IMG/VR virus record: IMGVR_UViG_3300044612_001255
Location: 32,001-96,000 of that record
Length of the DNA stretch: 64,000 nucleotides
Reading direction: 5' to 3' (one strand)
Origin: a virus
Shown here one piece after another: positions 1 to 9,990 of this stretch (within the stretch, counting starts at the first letter, position 1; the number at the start of each line of letters is the position of its first letter). The notes below the pieces were generated by a model. The model did not search any database. It worked only from the letters and a program-made list of their open reading frames with translations, and had not been told where the DNA came from. Both the position numbers and the translations under genes were made by a program.

Positions 1-111
1 ATCAACTCCTTGTGGATGTATGAGCCAGAATCTATGTATTTCCTCATCATGCTCCACATGTCCCTCATGCCAAATCTCTGTGAATGATGGTTGCTTGTTA
101 ATTGATATCAT
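1..111 (-). CDS. hypothetical protein, N-terminal part (runs off window)
   Basis: ATG at 111, open to position 1: MISINKQPSFTEIWHEGHVEHDEEIHRFWLIHPQGVD; manual translation. Confidence 0.65.
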   Translation of the reverse strand, partial: MISINKQPSFTEIWHEGHVEHDEEIHRFWLIHPQGVD

Positions 112-142
112 AAAATAATCATTTTAGTTAGAAATTACAAAT

Positions 143-170
143 AAAAAAACCTTCCCCCAGTGAGGGAAGG
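143..170 (-). terminator. intrinsic terminator downstream of HNH gene
   Basis: CCTTCCC/GGGAAGG stem (150-156/164-170) followed by T7 on the minus strand. Confidence 0.7.
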
Positions 171-200
171 CTTTCTGAAATGTTAACCCAAATCTATAAA

Positions 201-602
201 TCATTTACTTAACTCTTTTCTGTCATCAACTGTCTTTACATCGTGACAATCCTTGCAAAGAACTTGCAAATTGTCCACTTCACAAAACAATTTTTCAACA
301 AATTCTGGAAGATCTTTAGCTGTCTGAAGACTTCCAGCTGGAACAATGTGGTCTACATTTATAGATGTTGCAGGAAACCATCCTTTACAGCAGTTGCATT
401 GATATTCATACTTTTGTCTCTTGTTTGGCCCATGATAGTTACGCTTAGCATTCTCTTTACAGAGTGTGATAGGTTTCCACCATCTAGACTTTTGTCTTAA
501 AGCACTTCGTATGAATGACCAGAATGCACTCTCTGTCATTGTTCCAGCATTTCTTGATTTAGGTTTTACACTACTTCTCTTTTTTACTACTTTCTTTTTC
601 AT
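201..602 (-). CDS. HNH endonuclease (zinc-binding, phage type)
   Basis: YQCNCC...VDHIVP...NLQVLCKDCH: HNH motif with CxxC pairs. Confidence 0.85.
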   Translation of the reverse strand: MKKKVVKKRSSVKPKSRNAGTMTESAFWSFIRSALRQKSRWWKPITLCKENAKRNYHGPNKRQKYEYQCNCCKGWFPATSINVDHIVPAGSLQTAKDLPEFVEKLFCEVDNLQVLCKDCHDVKTVDDRKELSK

Positions 603-684
603 CTTCTTAATCCTTTTCCAACAAACCTAAATGAGTTTATTGGCTAATATAATAGTATTTTTCAACTATTACGCTAGGATGAAA

Positions 685-2166
685 TTATACAACTTCTTTA
701 ACTCTACCACCAAGCTCGTCTTTCATCTTCTTTAGAGAGTTGACAATCTTACCTATCTCAGAAGAAGAAATAGCAGGGAGATTAAATTCATATTTCTTAA
801 CTTCTTGAGCAAATGCTTTCTCAGCTCTTTCAGATAGAGATTCTAATTCATTCTCTACATAGAATTCATCCAGATCAATTGTGCTAAAGTCTAAGTCATG
901 AAGAATCTGTGTTGCTTCATCTCTAGATACAGTGGAGATTGGAAGATACTCATAGCATCTACCTTTTGCTGTACCAATACCAACAACCTTCATAGGGTTG
1001 ATGAGCATCAATACAGATTGATCACCACATCCTACATAGTGAATTTGATCAGCAGTGAAGTGAAGACCAGCAGCAGCACAATCTTGTGTAGACCAGTTAC
1101 AATCCTCCATTGGCATCTTCACAACTTGACCAATACGAATGTCAAATGTCTTAGTCCAGTCATCTGTAAATCTGTTCTCTGCTCTGTTAGGAAGATCTAA
1201 ATACAAATCTGTAAGAACTCCTAGATCTGTACCCTCATAAGTCTTCCTGCTGTAAGTAGCTTCTCCTTCCCCATCACAATCATAACACATGATATATTCT
1301 TCATATAAATCATCCCAAATATCTCCTGTACCATCACAAGTCTCACACTTCTCAGTGTATTGTTCTGTCATTTCAGTATAGTGCATGAACTTGTATTCTC
1401 CATCAGGAGAAAGAATAACATGATAGTGATTAGGGCTTTTCTTCCACACAGCTTTAATCTTTGTGTACACCTCACTAACAAACTTAACAAGTTCATTTGA
1501 GCCATGTAGTGTAACAACATTTCTTAGAGCTACGAAGAAGCCTTGCTTAGTTATTCTGAAGCTGTTGTCTACAAGAAATCTGTATAACTCATCAGCCACT
1601 TCAGCACGAGGATTTAAGCAGCACCACATAAAGAATCTCTTCAATGACAGATATTGTTCATCATTGTAAACATCTTCATGCGGATCACTATCTCCATCCT
1701 GGTATAAAGAAATCACTTCAATAAACTTTTCTACAAGAAGCTGTGGCATTGTTCTGTTAATGCCCTTGAGTTTTACAGATCCATCTTCAACATCAAAGTC
1801 TTGCATTCTGGATAGCATTTCTAGTTTTGAAGAAATGTCTGCAAGAACCTTTTGCTGCTTCACTTCTTTAACCATCTCATCAGTGGAAAGCTTCTTGTTA
1901 AACAATGCAATGATTTCAATCTCATTGTTAGCATTCTTTACATCATTGAAGTCATCAACTGTACATGATGGCTTAGATAACACTTCTCCGTCCTTTAAAA
2001 CAACTGTAAGCACATCATTAACGAGTTTCAGTTTCTCGTATGGTTTAAAAGAAGTTTCTAGTTCTCTTCTTAGTAAACTGTTCTTCAATGCTTGTTCTTC
2101 TATCTTTAGATTATCAAGCATTCTTTTTGCGTTGGATTTGAACCAATCTAGTGTGAAAATTGACAT
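685..2166 (-). CDS. rIIB: rIIB-like protein with inserted DnaJ-type zinc finger
   Basis: LYRFL..ITKQGFFVALRNV and IRIGQVVKMP..DC..GLHF rIIB-like motifs; directly downstream of rIIA-like gene. Confidence 0.8.
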   Translation of the reverse strand: MSIFTLDWFKSNAKRMLDNLKIEEQALKNSLLRRELETSFKPYEKLKLVNDVLTVVLKDGEVLSKPSCTVDDFNDVKNANNEIEIIALFNKKLSTDEMVKEVKQQKVLADISSKLEMLSRMQDFDVEDGSVKLKGINRTMPQLLVEKFIEVISLYQDGDSDPHEDVYNDEQYLSLKRFFMWCCLNPRAEVADELYRFLVDNSFRITKQGFFVALRNVVTLHGSNELVKFVSEVYTKIKAVWKKSPNHYHVILSPDGEYKFMHYTEMTEQYTEKCETCDGTGDIWDDLYEEYIMCYDCDGEGEATYSRKTYEGTDLGVLTDLYLDLPNRAENRFTDDWTKTFDIRIGQVVKMPMEDCNWSTQDCAAAGLHFTADQIHYVGCGDQSVLMLINPMKVVGIGTAKGRCYEYLPISTVSRDEATQILHDLDFSTIDLDEFYVENELESLSERAEKAFAQEVKKYEFNLPAISSSEIGKIVNSLKKMKDELGGRVKEVV

Positions 2167-2186
2167 AGTTTTGTTTTGGTTTTAAA

Positions 2187-2213
2187 TGAAAAAGGGAGGA
2201 CTAAGCCTCCCTT
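2187..2213 (-). terminator. terminator-like hairpin between rIIA and rIIB
   Basis: AAGGGAGG-actaag-CCTCCCTT followed by TTTTC on the minus strand. Confidence 0.55.
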
Positions 2214-2234
2214 AAGTTATTGATTTTTAATTAA

Positions 2235-4547
2235 TTAACAAAATTGTTCTTCTAATTTATCTTCTTCAAGACGAGTGTAGTGATCAAGATTCACTTTGAA
2301 TTTGTGATACTTCATCAAATCTACCATAGCTCTTTCAACTCCTGGAGACATACTAGTATTATAAGTATAGAAATTAAGTGATCCAAGAAGAGCATTTAGA
2401 AAATACAGCTTTTCAAGAGTTGCTTTCATACGTATATACTCATGGTATATACTGTAATCGAAAAGGTTCTTCTCTTGTGCTAATTCAAGCATAGCGTTAT
2501 AAATCTCAGTGGATCCATCTCTATAGTTCTTGTTTCTATAGTCTTCAAGCAATGATAGCTTATTCATTAACTCGCTTGATACATTTTTCAAATAAGTATA
2601 TTTTCTGAAAACATACGTTTGATCAGTCATTAGCTTATTAATTACATAAGCAGTGACAAGCTTCTTGAATGGTTTGTTTGTACCCTCCATAAATTTTGAA
2701 TAAGACATTACATTGTTCAACTCTAGTTCTTCAAGCACCTTCATCTCTTTGGTTGACAGAGAGATTATAGTGATGTTCATTTTACCATAAGATATGCCAT
2801 ATAGCTTATCAAGCTTCAGGCTATCATCATGATGACTATACACCAATAGAGTTTTCTTCTTTGCTATCTCCTTCAAAGACCACGTGTCAGCAACAAACTT
2901 ACAATGCTTACCATCAACAAATCTTTCTAGTGGAGCTGCCTTCTTGACAATGATATCACCAGCTAGCTTCTCACGTCTATTAACTGCTGTTCTACCAGTA
3001 ATTTGCTTTCTAGACTGAATAAAGCTGTCTGGAACAACAACATCATCAAGATTCTTGAATCCAGAAATCATAGATTTCACAATACCCTGAAACTCTATGA
3101 TTGCCTCTCTCCAGTGTTCTCTGTTAATCTTAGAAAGTTCTAGCAGTTGATAATAGTTATCATTACGTTTCAAACTTTTGATATAACTAGAACCATCGCT
3201 TTTATTAAACAAAGAGAACGTTCCTGTTCTTTTCACAAAGTAATAATTGCTGTATGTACCATTCTGTAAATGAGTTCTTAGATACGCCTTCTTCAACTCT
3301 GAGATCCTAGAAGAATACATGTATGTGTTGTTGCCCATAACATTGTTTCTACTAACATTCGATTCCCAGCTTCCACTCTTCACTTCCTTGAACTTTCCTC
3401 TGTTGAGAGTGTATGTTACAGCATACTCATTTAGAATGTATTCACTCTTATCAACAAGCTTTCTTAGATCAAGATGTTTTACACCTTCCATTTTAGGCTC
3501 ATTCATCACTATATCGCTGAAGATAGATAGGTAACCAACGTTCAAAGACTTGCCAGGAACAATCTCTACACTTCTTTTCTTGCTGGTGTAATACTCTATC
3601 ACTTGATCAAATGTAGAGCAGTTTTGCATCTCACGATTGTATTTCTCAATGAAGAAGTCAGACATTTGTCCCAATCTTTTGAGAATAATGTCCTTAGCTT
3701 CTTGTGTATACCTGATAGCCTCTCTGTTTGGTGTTGGAAATATTCCATCAGTCAAACTAAATCTCAATGCTACAGGAAACTCTAAATGAGAAATACCAAG
3801 CTTACCAAAGTCTAGTGGATAATACACATTGTCTAGACAAATGTGTAGGTAATTATCCTTTGACATTTCAGAATACTGAAAGTGCTCACTACGATAGATG
3901 GTGAATTTGTTATTCAAAGTGTATCCAGCTGCTGTAACATCAAGATACACACTATCAAAATAAGCTAGTTGCTCCTGAATTTTGTCGTAGAAGCTAAATC
4001 TATCACCCCATTTAACTGGAATAATCACCTTGACACCATTTCCTTCAGCTGTAGGTCTTTCATACAGACGATCAATAGTGTTTGTGTCCTCACCTTCGTA
4101 CATCATATACTTACGTTCTATGTTATCTTTACGACAGATGAAATAGAAACTAGATGAATAAGCAAGAGGGGCTTTAAAGCCAAGCCCCATCATGCCTAAT
4201 TCTGTATTAGAGTTACGTTTGGTAGACTTACCATACTTACTAATGATGTTCCTCACATCATCATCATTTAGACCAACACCAAAGTCTTCTACAGAGAAGT
4301 AGTAGTTGTTATTGTCATCTAGTTTAAAACTTACAACAATTGGATCTTCCACACAAGCTCTTCTGTGACTATCTAGTGCATTACTTGCACACTCTCTGAT
4401 AGTTGAGCCTATTGAATCTGAATAGAGATTCTTACTTAACATCTGCATCAAAATCTGAGCAGAATCTAAGTCCAAAGACATTCCAATTGATTCGTTTATT
4501 TCGCCATCAGCGAAAACCATTGCTTCTTTTTGTTTTTCTAGTATCAT
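2235..4547 (-). CDS. rIIA: rIIA-like protein (N-terminal GHKL/Hsp90-like ATPase)
   Basis: IRECASNALDSH, VEDFGVGL, YGKSTKR, GMMGLGFK GHKL motifs; PTPNREAIRY typical of rIIA. Confidence 0.85.
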   Translation of the reverse strand: MILEKQKEAMVFADGEINESIGMSLDLDSAQILMQMLSKNLYSDSIGSTIRECASNALDSHRRACVEDPIVVSFKLDDNNNYYFSVEDFGVGLNDDDVRNIISKYGKSTKRNSNTELGMMGLGFKAPLAYSSSFYFICRKDNIERKYMMYEGEDTNTIDRLYERPTAEGNGVKVIIPVKWGDRFSFYDKIQEQLAYFDSVYLDVTAAGYTLNNKFTIYRSEHFQYSEMSKDNYLHICLDNVYYPLDFGKLGISHLEFPVALRFSLTDGIFPTPNREAIRYTQEAKDIILKRLGQMSDFFIEKYNREMQNCSTFDQVIEYYTSKKRSVEIVPGKSLNVGYLSIFSDIVMNEPKMEGVKHLDLRKLVDKSEYILNEYAVTYTLNRGKFKEVKSGSWESNVSRNNVMGNNTYMYSSRISELKKAYLRTHLQNGTYSNYYFVKRTGTFSLFNKSDGSSYIKSLKRNDNYYQLLELSKINREHWREAIIEFQGIVKSMISGFKNLDDVVVPDSFIQSRKQITGRTAVNRREKLAGDIIVKKAAPLERFVDGKHCKFVADTWSLKEIAKKKTLLVYSHHDDSLKLDKLYGISYGKMNITIISLSTKEMKVLEELELNNVMSYSKFMEGTNKPFKKLVTAYVINKLMTDQTYVFRKYTYLKNVSSELMNKLSLLEDYRNKNYRDGSTEIYNAMLELAQEKNLFDYSIYHEYIRMKATLEKLYFLNALLGSLNFYTYNTSMSPGVERAMVDLMKYHKFKVNLDHYTRLEEDKLEEQFC

Positions 4548-4861
4548 CTTTCAATTTTAAATTTTTGTTGTTCTAAATAAATCATTGCTTCATTGTATTG
4601 CTCAAGGGTTTCATCATTCAAATCATTGACATTCACCTTAACCACTCTTGATGCATGCGGTGCATTGACATAAGACTTACTATAATTATGGAGATGTCTA
4701 TTTTCTTTATAAAAAACACTTAACGCATAAAGTGAATAGTATTGAATAGTTCCTGTTTTTCCACGTCCTACATAAATTCCAAGAAGCATGTAGTTATCAT
4801 ATCCTATCGCAATCAAATCACCTTTTCTTATTGTTCCAGTGTATTTGCTTTCAAACGTCAT
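4544..4861 (-). CDS. hypothetical protein
   Basis: 105-aa ORF with 4-bp overlaps to both neighbours. Confidence 0.7.
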   Translation of the reverse strand: MTFESKYTGTIRKGDLIAIGYDNYMLLGIYVGRGKTGTIQYYSLYALSVFYKENRHLHNYSKSYVNAPHASRVVKVNVNDLNDETLEQYNEAMIYLEQQKFKIER

Positions 4862-5175
4862 ACCTCAATCACTTTAATTATTGGAGCAGAAAAATTCAAA
4901 TACTTCACCTCGTTAAACTCTTCAAGGTTGAAGTTCTGAGTTTTAAAGCTGCGTGTTCCTTCAATAACATACGCTCCATTTTTCCAAACATTTTTTGGGT
5001 AGGTTTTTACAGTAACATTCACTTTACATCTAGTAGGTTTATGATAAGTTGATGTGGGGGAGCTTTTAACAGGCTTCCTTTCAATCTTAGCACTTCTCAT
5101 TCCAACACCAGAAGAATATATCACTACATCTCCTATCTCTAGATCTTCTAAATCATTAACTAATTCTGTTATCAT
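4858..5175 (-). CDS. hypothetical protein
   Basis: 105-aa ORF in the operon, ATGA-type overlap. Confidence 0.7.
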   Translation of the reverse strand: MITELVNDLEDLEIGDVVIYSSGVGMRSAKIERKPVKSSPTSTYHKPTRCKVNVTVKTYPKNVWKNGAYVIEGTRSFKTQNFNLEEFNEVKYLNFSAPIIKVIEV

Positions 5176-5187
5176 AATGTGTTTTGT

Positions 5188-5907
5188 TTAAAATGGCAGA
5201 TCTTCATCTAACCACCAGATTTGTGTTTTCTTTTCATCTAATAGTACTCTATTCACTTTTGTGAATACACCTTCTGAATCCCAATCAGCGTTCTTGTAAG
5301 AAGCACTAGCTGGATGACTCAATTCGAAGGACCATGTTAACGGAGGCATGTAACGCTTAAACTTGCTAGCTTCCTTACCTAGAAATACAACAGGCACTCT
5401 GCTTGCAGCAATAGCATTCTCAAATACATACTTGATAAATGGCTCCCATATTTTCAAATGAGAACCAGCTTTATTGATTTCTGTAGTGAGAGCTGCGTTA
5501 AGCATCAATACGCCCTGCTCAGCTAGATATTCTACATTAGTGTTCTTTTTGTATTTCAGATTCAATCCTTTGTAACAATCTTTCTCTACAGCATTGTAAA
5601 ACTGCTCTAGTGAAGGTTGAAGCTTATCTGCAACAGAACATCCCATTAACAAACCATCTGCCACTGGCAGGCCATTTAACTGCGTGTGATAAGGACACAT
5701 ACCCAAGAGCACCACCTTCATTTCATTCAAAGGTGTTACTTTAAAACATTTATAGGTAACAGAAGAAAGAGGGGCAATTTTCTTACCCCTCCTAGATTCT
5801 GTTTTCAAATGTTCATAGATTGCATCACACTCTTCACTCTCAATAAATGGACGCATTACATCATGCCAACTCTCATGAAAGTGATCTTTGAATTTATCCC
5901 ACAACAT
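5188..5907 (-). CDS. ung: uracil-DNA glycosylase family-1 fold protein, atypical active site
   Basis: KVVLLGMCPY (vs GQDPY), GVLMLNAALT, HLKIWEPF, LSHPAS; ATG at 5907 preferred over 5928. Confidence 0.8.
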   Translation of the reverse strand: MLWDKFKDHFHESWHDVMRPFIESEECDAIYEHLKTESRRGKKIAPLSSVTYKCFKVTPLNEMKVVLLGMCPYHTQLNGLPVADGLLMGCSVADKLQPSLEQFYNAVEKDCYKGLNLKYKKNTNVEYLAEQGVLMLNAALTTEINKAGSHLKIWEPFIKYVFENAIAASRVPVVFLGKEASKFKRYMPPLTWSFELSHPASASYKNADWDSEGVFTKVNRVLLDEKKTQIWWLDEDLPF

Positions 5908-6697
5908 CTGCTTCTTGTAATTGATCAAAGATTGTCAACTGTCTCCTAGTTGTCGACTCTTCAAATGATATGTTAACTGATTTACTTTTTATCTCACCAG
6001 ATGCATTCACAAAGAACTCATGAGCATCAACGTGATTGCCCATCCATAGTGTTGGATGAACCTCCTTCATTGAGTATGTGGTGTATTGATACAACTCCCA
6101 TAAACTTTCTGGAGCACCATAGTCAAACGTTGGTTTCTTCAACTCACGCTTGATGATATTCACTTGTGTGGATTCAATAAACTCTTTCTCAAGAATCATT
6201 CTTCCTACAAGCTCAGCTGTTACACGAGCATCAATCTGAACATGCTTCATAAGCTCACGCTCATCTTGCATTTTTCTGAATCCATCACCAGCAGCTTTAA
6301 TGTATTCTACAATAGCACTTGGTGTAAACTCTTGCACATCTCCTTGATGCTTTCTTTTGAATGCACCATAATCACCACTAACCATGCCGTTTTGACAAAC
6401 GATGATTTGTGTACCAATAGCAAACTTCAAGCTAAGACTTTTGTCATAGCTGTTCTGCCAGCCAATCTGTAGCTGCATTTCTCTATCAGCTACGTTGCTG
6501 ATTGTGAATCTGCCGTTAGCAATGTTACCATCTCTTGCAGCAGAATACTTTTCTGAATCAAGCTTAAATCCTGCTTGATGAATGCTCTCCAGGGTGAGGT
6601 CAATTAGTTGACCATGTGAAACAGGCTTATATGTTCTTGTTTCTTTAGGAAGTTCCGTACCTGTGAGGAAATATTTAGTTGTTGAATAAGTTGACAT
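5894..6697 (-). CDS. DUF932/DUF945-like protein
   Basis: YKPVSH..., GWQNSYDKSLS..AIG..IIVCQNGMV, SLWELYQ pattern. Confidence 0.7.
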   Translation of the reverse strand: MSTYSTTKYFLTGTELPKETRTYKPVSHGQLIDLTLESIHQAGFKLDSEKYSAARDGNIANGRFTISNVADREMQLQIGWQNSYDKSLSLKFAIGTQIIVCQNGMVSGDYGAFKRKHQGDVQEFTPSAIVEYIKAAGDGFRKMQDERELMKHVQIDARVTAELVGRMILEKEFIESTQVNIIKRELKKPTFDYGAPESLWELYQYTTYSMKEVHPTLWMGNHVDAHEFFVNASGEIKSKSVNISFEESTTRRQLTIFDQLQEADVVG

Positions 6698-6699
6698 AA

Positions 6700-6891
6700 T
6701 TAGTTACAGTTTTCTTTGATTAATTCTTCTACGTCTGATTTGCATAATTGTATTTCATTCCATACTGATGCACCATCTTCAATCTCACTGATTGCTAAGT
6801 CTAGTAGATCTTGTATTTCTTCTTTTAACGATGGGCACTTTTTAGCACGTTCTGTGCACCATGCCACTAAATCTTTTACTTCTTGATTCAT
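6700..6891 (-). CDS. hypothetical protein
   Basis: likely start MNQEVK at 6891, overlapping the primase stop. Confidence 0.65.
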   Translation of the reverse strand: MNQEVKDLVAWCTERAKKCPSLKEEIQDLLDLAISEIEDGASVWNEIQLCKSDVEELIKENCN

Positions 6892-7901
6892 GGTATTATT
6901 AGTTTTTGTTTTAGATAGTGTTCTATAATTTGCATTCCATACTTCTTTGCCAGATCTGCCCAATCTTTGATTCCTTCTTGTAGATAGTACCTTGGTACAT
7001 TACAATAATCAAAGTTGAACATCTCTGTTACCATTTTAGAATTCTTCACACCTGGTACATCACTGTCAAAAGAAAGGATTTGGCTGCTTGAATTGTGTTT
7101 CAAGAAGTCAATATTGTCTTCAGAGAAGCATGCCACTCCTTCGTTTTGAACAGCACATGAATGAGGATAAATCTTCTTCATCACCATGTAGTCTTTCTTA
7201 CTCTTGTTTATGAAAGCCATCTTGGTTTTGTCAAGATTATCTTTGCCATCCATAGCAGATATTGGAACATTGTTTGGAAACCATTTAAAATCCTTATTAA
7301 ATGGTCTGTAAATCTTCCAATGTCCATCATAAAAGTAACCAAACCTAAGTTCAGTTTCTTTTAGATGAACAGCTCTTCTGTTCAGGTAGAGCTTCTTAAT
7401 AGAATAAACATTATTCTGCTTTAGATCTTCTATGTCTTGATGGTATTGGTTCCAGTATTCTAGCTCTTCGTTAGTGAACTTTCTAGCAATCACTTGAATA
7501 TGTGAATACTTCTTTTCCAACTTCTCAGGCTGTTCATACTTAGAAACAATCTCTACGTGACTAGGTAGATCATCTCTCTTCTTTAGTCTAATTCCTAGAT
7601 TAAAATCTCTATCAATCATTTCCAGACATTCATTATGCCCTACATTGAATAGCTGCTTTATGAAATCAAAGCATCCTCCTCTGTAGTGTGGATCTGAAAA
7701 ATCAAGATAGAATAATCTACCATCTTTGGAATAGATTGTAAAAGAGGGCCTAGACTCATTTCTGAATGGAGAATAAGTTGTTCTATTAACCTCCCATTTC
7801 TTATTAGGCATGTACCATCTGAATATATCATACTCAGATATTTTAGAAAGGATGGTTTCAAAATTTAATTGTTCGAATACTTTTTTCTCCCCAGTAATCA
7901 T
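6888..7901 (-). CDS. DNA primase (crAss-like, TOPRIM)
   Basis: N-terminal SPFRNESRPSF..DF..GGCFDFI; TOPRIM-like KSKKDYMV, QNEG, FDSDVPG, KDWAD. Confidence 0.8.
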   Translation of the reverse strand: MITGEKKVFEQLNFETILSKISEYDIFRWYMPNKKWEVNRTTYSPFRNESRPSFTIYSKDGRLFYLDFSDPHYRGGCFDFIKQLFNVGHNECLEMIDRDFNLGIRLKKRDDLPSHVEIVSKYEQPEKLEKKYSHIQVIARKFTNEELEYWNQYHQDIEDLKQNNVYSIKKLYLNRRAVHLKETELRFGYFYDGHWKIYRPFNKDFKWFPNNVPISAMDGKDNLDKTKMAFINKSKKDYMVMKKIYPHSCAVQNEGVACFSEDNIDFLKHNSSSQILSFDSDVPGVKNSKMVTEMFNFDYCNVPRYYLQEGIKDWADLAKKYGMQIIEHYLKQKLIIP

Positions 7902-8290
7902 TGATAATTCACATATTCTTTTACCTCGTTTATTCTAGATCCCATTGCAGCGTTGATTTTACTTTTCATTTCAAATCGTCTGTCGTTAAGGAAATAAACA
8001 CTTCTGGCTTTTGCAATAAATTCTTCATCAAATTGTTTACTAGCTTCCATTTTTCTCAGGTCATCTTCTACATCCCAGAGATTTTTGTTTACTATCAGAA
8101 GAAGATCATATAGCTCTTCTACTTCTTTGTTCTCTAAAAAGGGTGTTGCTACATCCATTAACTCTTGTAGCTCATCCTTTACCATTGCTAGCTTCTCTGT
8201 GTCGCTGATCATGACACGTTTAATATTGAGGATGCTCACTTTATCAAGTAGCTCCCCAATGCTTCCAGGTATCCAAATTACTTTTGCCAT
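7898..8290 (-). CDS. DUF6165-like protein
   Basis: SIGELLDKVSILNIK...LWDVEDDLR...ARSVYFLNDRR..K..IN...EVKEY pattern. Confidence 0.65.
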   Translation of the reverse strand: MAKVIWIPGSIGELLDKVSILNIKRVMISDTEKLAMVKDELQELMDVATPFLENKEVEELYDLLLIVNKNLWDVEDDLRKMEASKQFDEEFIAKARSVYFLNDRRFEMKSKINAAMGSRINEVKEYVNYQ

Positions 8291-8300
8291 AGTTTGTAAA

Positions 8301-8330
8301 TAAAAAAGGCCCTCATAAAATGAGAGCCTT
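8301..8330 (-). terminator. intrinsic terminator after SSB gene
   Basis: AAGGC-CCTCA/TGAG-AGCCTT stem with T-run on the minus strand. Confidence 0.65.
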
Positions 8331-8349
8331 CAATTTAAAAGATTATTTA

Positions 8350-9243
8350 TTAATAATCAGCATCATCATTAGCAATCACTTTATTTGAGGCAACCATATT
8401 TGTTTCTGGATCATAATCATGTAGATCTTTGAATGTATAATAGTCTTTACATCCATACTCACCAGAAATCTTAACAACAAATCTTTCGTGTGGACGAAGA
8501 TCTTTTGACTTCTTAGATAGCAATGAAGATACTTTAGAAGAATCATTGTAATCATTCTCTTTAAGTCTGAATTGCTTCAATGAATATGCTGGAAGAAATG
8601 CTTTGTTGTATACGCTCTGATACTCTTTTACTTCTCCATCTTTTTCTCTAGTGGTAATTGTAGCCATTGCTACAAAGTTTCCACAATACTCACCATTCAC
8701 CTGAGAAGAGATTTCCTTAACATTTCCTCTAATAAGCTTCTTCCAATCTAGTGATAGAGTGGTATCATTTCTGCTGTAATCCAATTCACATAACCAGTTA
8801 CGTAGGAATTCATAGAACTCTTCCTCACCAACATAGGCAACTCTGTAGTCTTTTTCATTACCAGGAGTTCCCTTAAACCATTGTGCAAGACCATCTTCAT
8901 CAGCTGCCCAAGCACAAAGTCCTAGTTGGTTAATGTATTGCTTTTTGGTTCCATCCTTGTTCTCACGTTCTTTGTCTTCTAGATAGTAACTGATGTTAAA
9001 ATTCTGTCCAGATTTAACATCTTTTAACCATACACTGATTCTAACAGTGGTGTTGCCATCTCTGCTTTCGCCAAGATATTCTGTTGCCTTGCTGTCTTCT
9101 TTGAGTTCGATTCCTAGAATGTCTTTGTACTGCTCAATCGTTGGATTGATTGCAATAACACTAGCTTCGAATAAGCCAACTTTCTTTGGAAACTCACTTC
9201 CACCTTCTTTTCTTTCTCTTTTTGATCCGCCAATTCCTGACAT
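8350..9243 (-). CDS. putative single-stranded DNA-binding protein (crAss-like)
   Basis: VIAINPT, YINQLG..AW motifs, acidic C-terminus (NDDADY), position between AAA ATPase and primase. Confidence 0.6.
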   Translation of the reverse strand: MSGIGGSKRERKEGGSEFPKKVGLFEASVIAINPTIEQYKDILGIELKEDSKATEYLGESRDGNTTVRISVWLKDVKSGQNFNISYYLEDKERENKDGTKKQYINQLGLCAWAADEDGLAQWFKGTPGNEKDYRVAYVGEEEFYEFLRNWLCELDYSRNDTTLSLDWKKLIRGNVKEISSQVNGEYCGNFVAMATITTREKDGEVKEYQSVYNKAFLPAYSLKQFRLKENDYNDSSKVSSLLSKKSKDLRPHERFVVKISGEYGCKDYYTFKDLHDYDPETNMVASNKVIANDDADY

Positions 9244-9264
9244 AGCTTTAATTGTTTAGTTGTT

Positions 9265-9936
9265 TTATTTATAATACGCATTTACACTATCTACAACCAC
9301 TTGTAGATTGTTTGGAATCTTGATTTCACTGAACATGCCATCAGGTGATTTTGCTGGCATCTTTCTGTACCTGTTGGTGATAAAGCTGTAAGTTGCTGTA
9401 CCATCCTTTTGCTCTTCTACAAGTGCATATAGACATACAGTCATCAAACCTTCCAACAACACTTGGTTGTCAATCAACTTACCTGCTGTCTTAATCTTGT
9501 AACCAATGATTTCACCACTATCCTCAATCACTTCTGGGTGAGTGAAATAAAACACAACAATGTCTTCTCTGAGCATTCTTGCTGTTCTAAACAAATCAAC
9601 CATGTCTTTTGCCATCAATGAGAACTTCTGATAGCCTACTTCTGTGGCTTTAGACACAATTGTAAAGCCCATGATGTAGTTAGAATCCTCGATAACAATG
9701 TTCTTGATGTGAGGAGCTTTCTCAGAGATAGTCTTCATAAGCCTTGAAATCTCATTAGCATCATCTACGTCCTTGTAGTTCTTCTTCTCTGCGTTGTACA
9801 TCTTCTCAGAACCTTTGAAGGGAAGTTCCTTCTTAGCTACGTTGATGATGTAAGTCTCATCTGGATTTAGGTGTTTGATTGATGTTGATTTTCCTGTGGA
9901 TGTTTCTCCAACAATCCCAATCAGTTTACTTGCCAT
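9265..9936 (-). CDS. AAA-family ATPase (Sak4/AAA_24-like recombination protein)
   Basis: Walker A GETSTGKS, Walker B IVIED, KIKTAGKLID, AKSPDGMF. Confidence 0.8.
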   Translation of the reverse strand: MASKLIGIVGETSTGKSTSIKHLNPDETYIINVAKKELPFKGSEKMYNAEKKNYKDVDDANEISRLMKTISEKAPHIKNIVIEDSNYIMGFTIVSKATEVGYQKFSLMAKDMVDLFRTARMLREDIVVFYFTHPEVIEDSGEIIGYKIKTAGKLIDNQVLLEGLMTVCLYALVEEQKDGTATYSFITNRYRKMPAKSPDGMFSEIKIPNNLQVVVDSVNAYYK

Positions 9937-9990
9937 TTGCTTTGATTTTTAGGTTTTAACTTTTTTGATTATAAATATACACTTTTTTGG

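Noticed and set aside
622-629. Host promoter upstream of the HNH gene (TAGGTTTG, minus strand)
   Set aside because: Only the -7 element is present, with no TTTG at 19-21 nt spacing. The same applies to TAAATTTG at 38458.
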